From assembly GCA_965228855.1 (NCBI GenBank), contig CBDDIJ010000002.1, positions 1,952,001 to 2,016,000 of the forward strand: a DNA stretch of 64,000 nt, written 5' to 3'. The notes below the pieces were generated by a model. It was given only the letters and a program-made list of their open reading frames with translations. It was not told the DNA's origin and did no database searches. The DNA comes from Candidatus Obscuribacterales bacterium. Lineage in GTDB: Bacteria > Cyanobacteriota > Vampirovibrionia > Obscuribacterales > Obscuribacteraceae. A program made the position numbers and the translations under genes. This document shows positions 28,204-38,088 of this stretch, one piece after another (position 1 is the stretch's first letter; the number at the start of each line of letters is the position of its first letter).

Positions 28204-29655
28204 CTAGGTCAGTGCTTGACGTAGAAAGCCGAGCGCCCAATCATGCAGTTGGTTCCAGCCTATGACGTGCCGCATGCTGGTCATCCGGCGGCGCTTCTCT
28301 TCAATACCCATACTCAAAGCTTTCGCCAGGGCATCGGAAAATTCAGATGGACTGGTTGGCGAAACCAGAAGTGCTCCCTGACCGAGTTCTGCCGCACAGC
28401 CAGCGCGCTCGCTGAGAATAAGCGTACCTTGCTCGTCTTGACGGCAAGCGACGTACTCTTTAGCGATTAAGTTCAATCCATCCCTTACAGAATTGACGGT
28501 CATCACATCAGCCGCCTGATACCAAGCAGCAAGCTCTTTCTGGTTGAGTTGAGCCTGGATATGGAGAATTGGACGCCATCCATCCTGCTCGTACTTTTCG
28601 TTCAGCTCCTGAATTTTTGCTTCTACCTTTTTAGAGTATTCGGAGAAACTTGGTTCGTTCGATTGTGCCGGTTGGGAAATTTGTACGTAATGGAAGCGGC
28701 GGTGCATGTCCTTTGCGTTTTCCAGGTAATGTTCAAGACCGCTCAACTTCTCGAGAACGCCTTTGGTGTAATCAAGACGGTCGATGCCCAGCAAAATCTG
28801 GTTGGCAAGCCTGTGTTTAACCGGCAGCGCTTCAGCCATCGGTCTCGACATTTTGGCGAGTTTGTGCCACTTCGAAACGTCGATACCCAGCGGCATCACT
28901 ACAATTTGTGTCTTCTGACCCTTGAAAGACACCGTCATCTTCAAGCTGTCGACCTGGGCCGCGTCGCAGAGCGCTTCCACTGTTTGCAGGAAGTTATGAG
29001 CGTACTCGGCTGTGTGGAAACCGAGCAGGCGATTACAGAGTAGAGATTCAACCAGCTCTTTCGTGACCGGCTCGTTTCTCATTATTGCAACTTCCGGCCA
29101 CGGAACGTGCCAGAACTGGCAAGCTATGGTGCCTCGATCCGACGAGATTAGCGGGGCGCACATTGCCAATTGGTAGTCGTGCAACCAGCAGAGGGTCGGG
29201 AAACTTTCTGAGAGAACGGATTGGCACTCGGACGCGACTCGCGAGCAGAGCATCTTATAGTTTCTCCAATCCTCTGCGTCAAACAGTGCGTGTTCGCGCA
29301 TCCCGTGGAGCAGTGGCCAGAGATAGTTGGCTGAAAAACGTTTGTGCCCGTCAATCAATCGTTTTGGAATGCTTGCGGAGTAGAAGGCGAATCCGGAGTT
29401 GATAGAGGGAGAAAAGTTTCGGACTTGTTCAAACGGAATCGGCTCCACGTCAGAACTCTGGTTTTCGATCGAAAACCAGTGCACCTTTGTGCCCAGGCGC
29501 TTAACGATAGGCTCAAGGCTGGTTGCCACTCCACCGGTTTGACCAGGTCCGCTGAACGAGAGCACTTTGAGCGTCGGAAGATGGATGTCGAGATCGACTA
29601 TATCTTCTGCGGAGATAGGCGTAAGCAGTGGGAGAGCATGTGGGCTTATTACCAT
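28204..29655 (-). CDS. otsA: Trehalose-6-phosphate synthase (GT20)
   Basis: GGVA, LWPLLH, WLHDYQL, FWHVPWP, GIDRLDYTKG, RDGLNLIAKEY and LILSERAGCA. Confidence 0.88.
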   Translation of the reverse strand: MVISPHALPLLTPISAEDIVDLDIHLPTLKVLSFSGPGQTGGVATSLEPIVKRLGTKVHWFSIENQSSDVEPIPFEQVRNFSPSINSGFAFYSASIPKRLIDGHKRFSANYLWPLLHGMREHALFDAEDWRNYKMLCSRVASECQSVLSESFPTLCWLHDYQLAMCAPLISSDRGTIACQFWHVPWPEVAIMRNEPVTKELVESLLCNRLLGFHTAEYAHNFLQTVEALCDAAQVDSLKMTVSFKGQKTQIVVMPLGIDVSKWHKLAKMSRPMAEALPVKHRLANQILLGIDRLDYTKGVLEKLSGLEHYLENAKDMHRRFHYVQISQPAQSNEPSFSEYSKKVEAKIQELNEKYEQDGWRPILHIQAQLNQKELAAWYQAADVMTVNSVRDGLNLIAKEYVACRQDEQGTLILSERAGCAAELGQGALLVSPTSPSEFSDALAKALSMGIEEKRRRMTSMRHVIGWNQLHDWALGFLRQALT

Positions 29656-30105
29656 TCGGACGCGCCTCGTGCAGATTGAGCTGTGTTTTCAATTCCGCGA
29701 AAGTCAGGCAAGTGCGCGACGATGCACGACGGAAGCAACGCGCTTCCATCCCTAGCTCGCGGAGGACGCCATTTGAATAAAATCGATTCGATATTTCATC
29801 GATTGAAAGACTGCATATAAGGTAAAGGATATTGGAGTGGTAATCAAGTAACTAAATGACCATTTTGGGTAAGGTTAAATGAATGTTACGTTGCCGTCTA
29901 ACCGTTACTCCGGAGCAAGTAAATATCAGGGTTTCACCGACTTCGCCGGTTTTCAAACGGGCAAAGCGGGCTACCCCAGAAATAAGCGTTTCATGGAGTG
30001 TTATCAGTGCGGGAAAATAAACTGAGGAGCTAGTTTGCACGAGTGGCCAAGCGAGGTGATACTGCTGGCGGTGGCGATCTAGTTTCTCTACTCGTTTGGA
30101 TCGAA

Positions 30106-30624
30106 CTAATTGGGTTCAAGTAACCCTGGCAAATCTACTACTTCGACGCGCCCTGCCTTCAAGTCCACCGTGGGGACAAGAGCTCTTACGAAAGGCACGA
30201 GATACGTTTCCTTATTGTCTTTGCTGGAAACTTCCAGGAGTTCAGCCGAGTTTCCTGTGATACCGCTTATGGTGCCGACTTCTTTACCATCGGTCGTAAA
30301 TACTGCTAAGCCGACCAAATCGTTAACCCAGAATTCATCCTCTTCCAGTTCATTAAGCTGATCTCTGGTTGTGAACACCTGGGCGTCCAGGAAGTGTTCG
30401 ACGGATGTTCTATCGGAGTAGTTTTCAAACTTGATATACAGCATTCGCTTCTCAAGTTTTACATCTTTGATTTCTACTCGCAGGCGTTCTTTGCCTGCGA
30501 GAATTTCGACATCGTCAATGTCCAACAAAAGAAGCGGGTTGTTTGTTTCAGGGCGAATTTTAACCTCGCCCCGCAGTCCGTGAAAACCGACAATTTTGCC
30601 GACTGGAAAGTTATATTCACTCAT
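30106..30624 (-). CDS. rimM: Ribosome maturation factor RimM
   Basis: VGKIVGFHGLRGEVK, EDEFWVNDLVGL and YLVPFV...VDL. Confidence 0.95.
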   Translation of the reverse strand: MSEYNFPVGKIVGFHGLRGEVKIRPETNNPLLLLDIDDVEILAGKERLRVEIKDVKLEKRMLYIKFENYSDRTSVEHFLDAQVFTTRDQLNELEEDEFWVNDLVGLAVFTTDGKEVGTISGITGNSAELLEVSSKDNKETYLVPFVRALVPTVDLKAGRVEVVDLPGLLEPN

Positions 30625-31276
30625 GAGTTTTTGCTCGTTGTGGTGTCACTATTGGTGCCGCGTCCTGTTTCCACCGTTTAAATAAAGCGTTATCGAAATC
30701 AAATTGATCGAGGACGCGTCCGACGACAAAATCGATTTGATCAGAAACGCTTTCAGGGCGGTGGTAGAAACCCGGGCTAGCGCAGGAGACGATTGCACCT
30801 GCTTCGGAGAGTGCCACCATATTTTTCAACTGAATGTGACCGAAGGGCATTTCGCGCACGACGACGACCAGTTTTCGCCGTTCCTTTAAACATACAGCAG
30901 CTGCGCGGTGGACCAGGTTTTCGGTCAGACCATTAGCTAGTGCGCCGAGCGTTCCTATGCTGCACGGCAGAATGGCCATGCCTAGTGTCTTGTAAGACCC
31001 GCTGGATACAGACGCTCCGTAGTCCATCAGATAGTGATGCTTTATCGGAGCATTCTCCGGCAACTCCAGATAGCGAAGCAGACCTTGAGTGTCGTTCTCT
31101 GCCAAAACCAGGTCATGCTCTTCTTTCATGACTCGCAGAGCGGCTTTCGACATAACTAACTCAACAGGTTGTTCTATGCTGAGAAGATATTGCAGCATTC
31201 GTAATCCGTAGATAACGCCGCTCGCGCCTGTTATCCCGAGAACAAAAGGAATCTTTTTCTCGCTCATGAATCTCAC
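30617..31276 (-). CDS. ubiX: Flavin prenyltransferase UbiX
   Basis: GITGASGVIYG, SSGSY, PCSIGTL, LKERRKLVVVVREMP and PGFYHRP. Confidence 0.95.
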   Translation of the reverse strand: MRFMSEKKIPFVLGITGASGVIYGLRMLQYLLSIEQPVELVMSKAALRVMKEEHDLVLAENDTQGLLRYLELPENAPIKHHYLMDYGASVSSGSYKTLGMAILPCSIGTLGALANGLTENLVHRAAAVCLKERRKLVVVVREMPFGHIQLKNMVALSEAGAIVSCASPGFYHRPESVSDQIDFVVGRVLDQFDFDNALFKRWKQDAAPIVTPQRAKTHE

Positions 31277-31353
31277 TGTCGGGTTGAAACGCCAGTCAGT
31301 CTAACCTGAAACAGATGCGCCCGTAAAGGACGAACAGCGCTACTGTAAAGGGA

Positions 31354-32505
31354 TTAAAACGCCTCACCGGGTTTCGACTGACCCTGTTGTGCGTCGCCTT
31401 GCGCTCCACCCTGTTGTTGAAAATTTGGTGGCTGTTGTTGGAAATTAGGAGGCGGTCCTCCTTGCTGGAAGTTCTGTTGTGGACCACCCTGTTGCATGCC
31501 TTGTTGGGTGCTTTGTGCAGGGGTGAATGACTTCTTCTTGTTTCGGAGAAACGCAGGCAGCCCATCGTCCGGCTCAGGCGGTTGAACTGGTGCGACAGCT
31601 TGAGGTTGCTGTTGCTCTTCCTCTTGCGGCGCTCGAGTGGCGGGCTGGAAGCGTCGAAAATTACCGGGGCGTGTGCCGTCCTCAAGCGAGGGAGTTACCT
31701 CGTCGAGATCAACTGATAAAGCACCTTTAGAGGGTGCAATGCTTAGCTTCAGTGGCGCGTCGAGGCGCACCGTAAGTGGTGACCCACTATAGATGTAAAT
31801 CTCATTTCCCTGGCGCCGAATAGAGCGAATTACCGGTGTTCCGTACTGCGAACCTTGTCCACGTCCACCATCGTTGCCCATAATCGGATCGCGGAAGAAC
31901 TCTCTTTTGTTTACGACTTTCGGTCCTCGATTTCCTTGACCGGCTCTGGTGTCGAATCCGGGGTGCACTGCATCGAAACTAGCTTGACTGCCGACATAAC
32001 CCATTCCCTGGTTGTTCAATTCCTTGTTGGCTTTGCTGTACTTACCGGATTTGATGTACTCCGGCATGATCGTGGCGACGACCGGATAGGTCATTCCATC
32101 CGGAGTGACAAGCGACGTCAATTGAGTTCGCAGTTTGCCTATCGGTTTGGGCTGTCCCTTAATTTTCCGCTGTTTCCCTGAAGGAATCGCCTCCACGACT
32201 TCGCCGATAATGCGTGAGCCATTTGGAATCACTACGTCGGTCGCATTGGCAAGGACCGGAGAAGTCACTTCGATGGAGAACTTCTGACCCTGTCTGGTTT
32301 TCGATGAAATCGTCTCATTCATTCGACCTTCGAAATGCGAACCCATAGGGATCAGAACGGTTTTGCCGTGAATCGTATTAGGAGCTCGGTAGAACTTTTC
32401 CGGATCGGTTTGTTTACCGCCCTGTGCACATGCACCGTCACTAAAAACCGTGATGCCTAGTCCTAGACTCAGGACTGACAAAACTAAAAGGTTTCGCTTC
32501 TTCAT
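31354..32505 (-). CDS. Exported protein with a TrbI/VirB10-like beta domain and Gln-rich tail
   Basis: Signal peptide; LIPMGSHFEGRMNETISS...IEVTSPV...VVIPNGSRIIGEV and IYSGSPLTVRLDAPL resemble the VirB10/TrbI barrel pattern. Confidence 0.55.
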   Translation of the reverse strand: MKKRNLLVLSVLSLGLGITVFSDGACAQGGKQTDPEKFYRAPNTIHGKTVLIPMGSHFEGRMNETISSKTRQGQKFSIEVTSPVLANATDVVIPNGSRIIGEVVEAIPSGKQRKIKGQPKPIGKLRTQLTSLVTPDGMTYPVVATIMPEYIKSGKYSKANKELNNQGMGYVGSQASFDAVHPGFDTRAGQGNRGPKVVNKREFFRDPIMGNDGGRGQGSQYGTPVIRSIRRQGNEIYIYSGSPLTVRLDAPLKLSIAPSKGALSVDLDEVTPSLEDGTRPGNFRRFQPATRAPQEEEQQQPQAVAPVQPPEPDDGLPAFLRNKKKSFTPAQSTQQGMQQGGPQQNFQQGGPPPNFQQQPPNFQQQGGAQGDAQQGQSKPGEAF

Positions 32506-32526
32506 TGCTGGTTGATGTCCTGTGAC

Positions 32527-32772
32527 TCAGTCGGCCGGCTCCACTGGCTCCGGCTCGGTTTCGGTTTGCTCTCTGCGTTTCATCGGTTTCAATCTGTTGT
32601 AAACGTATACGATGAGGAACGCTACACTTAATATTGTAAGGATTAGCGTAATTAGCCGCCACAATCCCATGACGTAGCTTACCAGTCCAGGAGCCATAAT
32701 CCCGAAAGCAACGGTGACAATGAGACCGCCGCCGATAAATTTTAGGAGCTGTTTTTTGTCGTAGTGAATCAT
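32527..32772 (-). CDS. Small two-TM membrane protein
   Basis: 81 aa, two hydrophobic segments, co-oriented within the operon. Confidence 0.6.
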   Translation of the reverse strand: MIHYDKKQLLKFIGGGLIVTVAFGIMAPGLVSYVMGLWRLITLILTILSVAFLIVYVYNRLKPMKRREQTETEPEPVEPAD

Positions 32773-32827
32773 ATCAAAGACCGCATGGTGAGCCTGGAGC
32801 GGGTGACCGCACAGGATTCGAGTAAGC

Positions 32828-33286
32828 CTATTCCGGTGGATTCAGTTTTTCCTCGAACTGCGCAAGAATAATTGGAGCAACTACTTTTGTGGCGACGAAC
32901 CAGGACCCGACTATAAATAGCGGCAATGCGAAAACGCGCACCAGGAGAGGAATGAATTGGTAAAAGAAAGTAGTTAGAACGATTGCGCAACCGACAGTGA
33001 CGATCTGGCAGCCGCGTGTAATTAGCTGTTCCTGATCTGGGCGACTCATTCCTTTGAAATAGCGGTCCAGAATGGCCATGTAGTTGGACCACATGTTGCC
33101 GACGCCGGTGACCCCTTGCTTGAAGCCTTTGGTCTCGGTGATGTTTTTCGGTTTCAGCCGATTGGACGGAACGTCACTATGATCCCCCGAGCCATTGCCA
33201 GATGGAGACGAAGGCGTATCCGTCTTTCCCTTTGCTCCTCTGAGTTTGCCCAGGTCCATCATCCCCTCCAAAATCTCTCCGCTCAA
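32828..33286 (-). CDS. Hypothetical membrane protein with two C-terminal TM helices
   Basis: Hydrophobic hairpin (IVTVGCAIVLTTFFY; FALPLFIVGSWFVA); tight operon spacing. Confidence 0.65.
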   Translation of the reverse strand: MSGEILEGMMDLGKLRGAKGKTDTPSSPSGNGSGDHSDVPSNRLKPKNITETKGFKQGVTGVGNMWSNYMAILDRYFKGMSRPDQEQLITRGCQIVTVGCAIVLTTFFYQFIPLLVRVFALPLFIVGSWFVATKVVAPIILAQFEEKLNPPE

Positions 33287-33303
33287 CTATCTTACTTGGA
33301 ATT

Positions 33304-35808
33304 CTATTTGCGATCACGCTTTTTCAATCTGAACAGATCGTCTTCAACTTCTTTTCGCAGCGGATCGCTGTCTTCGGAAGCCTCCAGGAAATTGTTGGCG
33401 TAATCAATCGCCTTGGTGTCGTCCTTCTTCGTCCGGTAGTAGAGCTTGTAGAGCCCATAGTAGGCGTCCGGATGCTGCGGGTCCGCAATCAATGCCTGTC
33501 TGTAGTGGTCGATTGCTATTTCCGGAAGCTTCCAGGTTGCGTTACCGAGTTCGGTATGGCGCTTAGCTTCGTTCCTTTGACTAACTATTTTGCTTATGCC
33601 CTGTTCTGCTCTAGGTGCAACTTCGTTGATTTCTTTTGCGTACCCGTAAGCCTCCTCGGCTGACTTCAAATCACCATCGTTGTAGGCTTGTTCACCGAGG
33701 CTGAGCAATTCGTATGGCTCTTCCCTGTGAGAAGTAATCACTTGCGAAAATAGCTGACGAGCGTGACGAAAACGGGGCGGACTTTCAGAGAGCGCCTTTT
33801 CAGCTTCCGATAATTGGATCTTTTCGGTTAGATTTTTGGCACCTGATTTAACCAGGTTGCCCTGAACGCTTTGTTCGGTGACCACACGCTGAACTTTGTC
33901 GAGAAGGTCCGACCATCCCGAAGGGTATTGTCCCTCCTTGCGAGCTTTCTGGAAATACACGCGGGAAAGACCCAGCAGCGATTGAGGGTCGTTGTCTTTG
34001 GCACCGAGTATGGTTCTATATTCAGTTTCGGCTACTTCGAGTTTTCCCTGTCTGAGAGCCAGCTCTGCCAGATCCCCTCTCAGGCGCATGTCGTTAGGTA
34101 AAATCTCGAGCGCGTTATGCATTTCGGCAATAGCGAGTTCACCGTCGCCACGTGCACTGTAATACTTCGCCAGGTTTTTGTATGGCTCCGGATTCCTGGG
34201 ATCAAGGCGGTTAGCTTCCTTCCAACTTGCCAGAGCGGACGGACCATCGCCTTGAACTCTGTAGATATCGCCCTGGACTCTGTACCAATCAGAACCTCGC
34301 TGGTCACGAGGAATAGAGAGAAGCTCCGTGAATCCCTCTTCATGTTTACCTTTGTTGGTGAGGTAGATCGCTTTCTGGATTCTTGCCGGATGGAAGTTCT
34401 TATCCTGCGAAAGCGCATCATCGATGAGTGCTTTTGCGTCCTCATCATGTGGATCAACCTTCAAGAGAGCTTCGGCCAGTAACGAGCTAGTGTACGGATC
34501 TTCCGCCATTTTTGCCGCTTTTCGTAGCGGTGGAATTGCGCCCTCCGGGTCGTCTTGAGCAAGTTTTACCAGCCCGAGGGTCTGCTGTGCGATCACGGTT
34601 CCCGGATCGTCTTTGATTGCACGCTTTGCCAGTGACTCCGCTGCTTCCAAATAGAGATCGCGTTTAGCAGGAGAGGCGACCGACTTAGAGTGTATGTAGG
34701 AAACAAAACTTCCGGCGGCCTTTATATTAGGATTGTCGGAAAACTGCTCCTTGCCCTTTTTCATGATTTTCTCGGCTTCGATGACCTTCTTCGGCCACAT
34801 CTGTTTTGCAAGAGCTACAGCCAGACCTGCGTGAGCGTCTCCGGTATCGTCCTCGCCAATCAAGCTGCGATAGGCATCCTCAGCGGCCTCGAATTTATTT
34901 TTCAGCAAGAGCTCATCGGCTTCTATAAGGGAAGATGCTCTCTTTCGCTTGACTGGAACGGGCTCTCCCTCATCGTTTCCAGTGTCTACAGCCTTTTTAG
35001 GAGGTTGTCTTTTGATATCGGGAAGGTCGGAACCATCCGATTCATCTGAACTGTCTGCCTTCTGATCGCCTGATGATGATGGGCCGGTAGGTGGCGCTAC
35101 CTGTTCGCTTTCCGCCTGTTTCGGTGTCGGTTCTCCTGATGGAGAGCCCGTATCCGCTGGTTGCTCCGCAGATGGCGATGAAGTTTGTTCTTTTGCCGTC
35201 TCCGGCTCTGCACCACCAGTAGTGTCGGTTTCGGAATTCTTCGCTTTTGACTTCTTGGATTTTTTGCTGGTTTTTGTTGACTTTTGTGCCTTTGCGGGTT
35301 TATCCGAAGCCTCCTTGGGTTCCGCTTCAAGACTTTGCGGAGTCGGTTCGGACGTCGGTTCCGTCTTTGGCTCCGATGCGCTTTCAGTCTTAGACTCTGA
35401 TGCTGCTTCCCTCTCTTTTCTCTTGGAGCGAGAGGACGAGGATTTTTTCCTGGTCTTTGATGATTTCGTCTCAGTCTCCGTTGAAGTGGTGTCGCCAGCG
35501 GTGCCAGGAGAATCGGTCTGCTCCGCCGCTGGAGTGCCGTCTGCTGGTGTCGATACACCGGCAGGTGGCTCTAGCGAGCCGGTTGTGGCCGAAGCTGAAG
35601 CATCTTTTGAAGATGGAAGGTCCGCGCTCTCCGCGGTGTCCGCGGCAAGCGCTGTCGTATGCGCAGTTGCGCACGGACCAAGTAGCATGCACAACGACAT
35701 GGAGATGGCTATCAACGGATTCGACCCCGAGAAACCGGAGTCAGTCGAGGAGTTCCTTTTGCTAGTCATAACAGGTTGTAAACCTTCAGTCCTTCTTTTG
35801 AAGATCAT
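33304..35808 (-). CDS. Exported multi-TPR protein with a disordered N-terminal region
   Basis: Hydrophobic signal-like segment, S/T/E/K/P-rich linker and many TPR-like repeats (WKEANRLDPRNPEPYKNLAKYY; YRQALIADPQHPDAYYGL). Confidence 0.8.
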   Translation of the reverse strand: MIFKRRTEGLQPVMTSKRNSSTDSGFSGSNPLIAISMSLCMLLGPCATAHTTALAADTAESADLPSSKDASASATTGSLEPPAGVSTPADGTPAAEQTDSPGTAGDTTSTETETKSSKTRKKSSSSRSKRKEREAASESKTESASEPKTEPTSEPTPQSLEAEPKEASDKPAKAQKSTKTSKKSKKSKAKNSETDTTGGAEPETAKEQTSSPSAEQPADTGSPSGEPTPKQAESEQVAPPTGPSSSGDQKADSSDESDGSDLPDIKRQPPKKAVDTGNDEGEPVPVKRKRASSLIEADELLLKNKFEAAEDAYRSLIGEDDTGDAHAGLAVALAKQMWPKKVIEAEKIMKKGKEQFSDNPNIKAAGSFVSYIHSKSVASPAKRDLYLEAAESLAKRAIKDDPGTVIAQQTLGLVKLAQDDPEGAIPPLRKAAKMAEDPYTSSLLAEALLKVDPHDEDAKALIDDALSQDKNFHPARIQKAIYLTNKGKHEEGFTELLSIPRDQRGSDWYRVQGDIYRVQGDGPSALASWKEANRLDPRNPEPYKNLAKYYSARGDGELAIAEMHNALEILPNDMRLRGDLAELALRQGKLEVAETEYRTILGAKDNDPQSLLGLSRVYFQKARKEGQYPSGWSDLLDKVQRVVTEQSVQGNLVKSGAKNLTEKIQLSEAEKALSESPPRFRHARQLFSQVITSHREEPYELLSLGEQAYNDGDLKSAEEAYGYAKEINEVAPRAEQGISKIVSQRNEAKRHTELGNATWKLPEIAIDHYRQALIADPQHPDAYYGLYKLYYRTKKDDTKAIDYANNFLEASEDSDPLRKEVEDDLFRLKKRDRK

Positions 35809-37669
35809 CGTACTTTTTCTTTTCTCGCTCAGATTCCTTTTTGTCGCCCATTTTGTCGAGCACTTCGGCCAACATTCTGTGTGGTTCCGGCAACTCGGCT
35901 GCCAGGCGGATAATTTGTTTCAACGAACTGGCGGCTAAAACCCAGTCGGAGTTAGCCATCGCCTCTTTGGCGGTGGTCATCAATCCATTCACTCTGGAGC
36001 TGTCCAACTGTCTTAAAGCATCATCGGCTCCAGGTGCTTTCAGTGAAGATCCCATCCGATAATCGACTTTGGCTCCGGCCATGTCTCCCGATTGCTCCTT
36101 GACACTGCCTCGCAAGAGATAGGCTTGTCCTTCTTCCGGATATTTATCAAGAATGCCTGAGAGATCAGCGATTGCGCCTTCTTTATCGCCGGAGGCGATC
36201 TTCTGCTCGATGGCGGCATACTGCTGAGGGCTGACTTTTGAGGCTGGCGGTGCTTTGGGATCTACTTTAGGTGCTTCTTGCGGCGTGCCACCGCCAGGAG
36301 TGGCGGCACCGCCTGCGGTACTTGCTGCGGTTCCGGAGGACGCGGCGCTCGTGCCGGCGCCGGCTGCGGAGGCGATCGCTGGCTGCCCAGTGAGTCTGGC
36401 TATGCCTTGCAGCAAATCTGGATTCACGTAGGCATTAATGGATTTCGCTTTCTCGTAAGCGCGAAGAGCGAGGTCGTTGTTTTTAAGAGACTCTTGCGCC
36501 TTTCCGTAGATGTATAGAAGTTCCGGGTCGTCCGGTCTCTTTTCCAATTCCTTCTCGATTTTCAGGCGTGACTCTTCCAGCAGCTTGGGCGTGGCAAGTG
36601 CCGATGAGACTACCATCAGGTGGAAAGATGTTCGGGCTTTGTGCAACGCCGGATTATTGGGCTGCAATTGCCAACACTTGTTGTAGCAGGCTTTGGCACG
36701 CTCGAAATCCCCGGAAAGAGAGTACGCGCCAGCAAGTGTTAGATTGTTGTCGAACGAGTCAGAAATTGCTACGGCTTCCTTTGCTGCGTTGACTAGCCCC
36801 CGCAGTGCATCCGCATTGTTAGGGTTGATTGTGGCTGCTCGGCGATAACATACCCCAACGTTCGCAAGACGTTTCAAATACAGAGGTCCGCGACCCTGTT
36901 CTTTTGCTTTTAGTGTCACGTCCCAGAGGATGTCTCCCATCAGGCAGTGGCAGTTTGACAATTCGTTCTGTTCTTGCGGACTCCAATCTTTATTGATCGC
37001 TGTTCTCAACTCCTCGTATGCTTCAACAATTTTTCCTTGCTTGTACATTACGCGAGCTAGACGGAATCGGCTTGGACCGTTATCTCTCATTTTTACGCAT
37101 TTGCGATATTCAACGATTGCCACTGGATAATTTCCGGCGATATCGGCTTCATCAGCCAATGCGGCTCGGACGTTATAGTCGTCGGGATTCTTGCCGATGG
37201 CACGCAAGCAGTTATCCAGATGCGAGTCGGCGGGCATGTTTGCCGGGTCCGCATAAAGTGCTTCTCTATAATGATTGATCGCTTCATACCATTTCTTTTT
37301 GGAAGCAAGTAAGTCCGCGTAGTGCAAATGGGCGCTGGATAGATTCATCCGGAAGGTCTGGTTCTCCGGATCTTGATTAAGCGCTTCTTCGTGTTCGCGG
37401 ATGGCGTCGTTCCACAATCCTTTGCTTCCCAGCTCCACGCCTCGATTATTGTGTTCCATCGGATTGCGCGGAGGTGGAGTTTGCAAGACCACTCCACTGC
37501 CACCGCCACCGCTGGAAGTGGCACCCGCGGCGCGCGCTCGTGTCTTCTTTGCCTCAAGTGGACCGGATAGTAAAAGGATTAGTGAAAGTGTCGATGTCAG
37601 AAGTAGTGGAATACTTCTTGCTAAATTGATTTTTGTTATCGGACGTGTAGTATCGGCTTGCCGAGTCAT
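35786..37669 (-). CDS. Exported multi-TPR protein
   Basis: Signal-like segment, HNNRGVELGSKGLWNDAIREHEEALNQDP and further TPR-like repeats. Confidence 0.8.
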   Translation of the reverse strand: MTRQADTTRPITKINLARSIPLLLTSTLSLILLLSGPLEAKKTRARAAGATSSGGGGSGVVLQTPPPRNPMEHNNRGVELGSKGLWNDAIREHEEALNQDPENQTFRMNLSSAHLHYADLLASKKKWYEAINHYREALYADPANMPADSHLDNCLRAIGKNPDDYNVRAALADEADIAGNYPVAIVEYRKCVKMRDNGPSRFRLARVMYKQGKIVEAYEELRTAINKDWSPQEQNELSNCHCLMGDILWDVTLKAKEQGRGPLYLKRLANVGVCYRRAATINPNNADALRGLVNAAKEAVAISDSFDNNLTLAGAYSLSGDFERAKACYNKCWQLQPNNPALHKARTSFHLMVVSSALATPKLLEESRLKIEKELEKRPDDPELLYIYGKAQESLKNNDLALRAYEKAKSINAYVNPDLLQGIARLTGQPAIASAAGAGTSAASSGTAASTAGGAATPGGGTPQEAPKVDPKAPPASKVSPQQYAAIEQKIASGDKEGAIADLSGILDKYPEEGQAYLLRGSVKEQSGDMAGAKVDYRMGSSLKAPGADDALRQLDSSRVNGLMTTAKEAMANSDWVLAASSLKQIIRLAAELPEPHRMLAEVLDKMGDKKESEREKKKYDDLQKKD

Positions 37670-37857
37670 TTGAACGCGATCTCCGCTGGACCCTAAAAAC
37701 TCTATGCACGATAGAAGGGGTTAATATCCATTCTATCGACCTTAAATTTTTACGCTGCAAAAAATGCGGCGACAATCGGGTTTTACCTGGGTTTTCAAGT
37801 GTTGTGGTGAAAATTGTTATCTACAATACAATTTTGCCCCGGAATTTTCTCTTCATA

Positions 37858-37886
37858 TTGACAATCGCCTCCAAAAAGATTAAAAA
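37858..37886 (+). promoter_or_regulatory. Possible sigma70 promoter for the 38-55 kb cluster
   Basis: TTGACA, 17 nt spacer, TAAAAA in the AT-rich divergent intergenic region. Confidence 0.35.
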
Positions 37887-38088
37887 TTGGTAACTTCGCT
37901 TGCTGCCAGGTCGCAGTGTGCCCAATTTCGGAGGATGCAAGCCGGCTGATAAATTGTTAGACTGATCTTAAGCAGCATATAACTCTTCTACTTAGGGCAT
38001 TTTGTTTTTGAAGTTCTCTTACTAAGGCACAAAGAATTCACCGAGTCACGCTCTAGTCTCGATGATCGATTCCCCGGGAGGGATAAAG

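Noticed and set aside
32527..32772. VirB2-like pilin
   Set aside because: A two-TM hairpin alone is not diagnostic, and I saw no pilin leader or motif.
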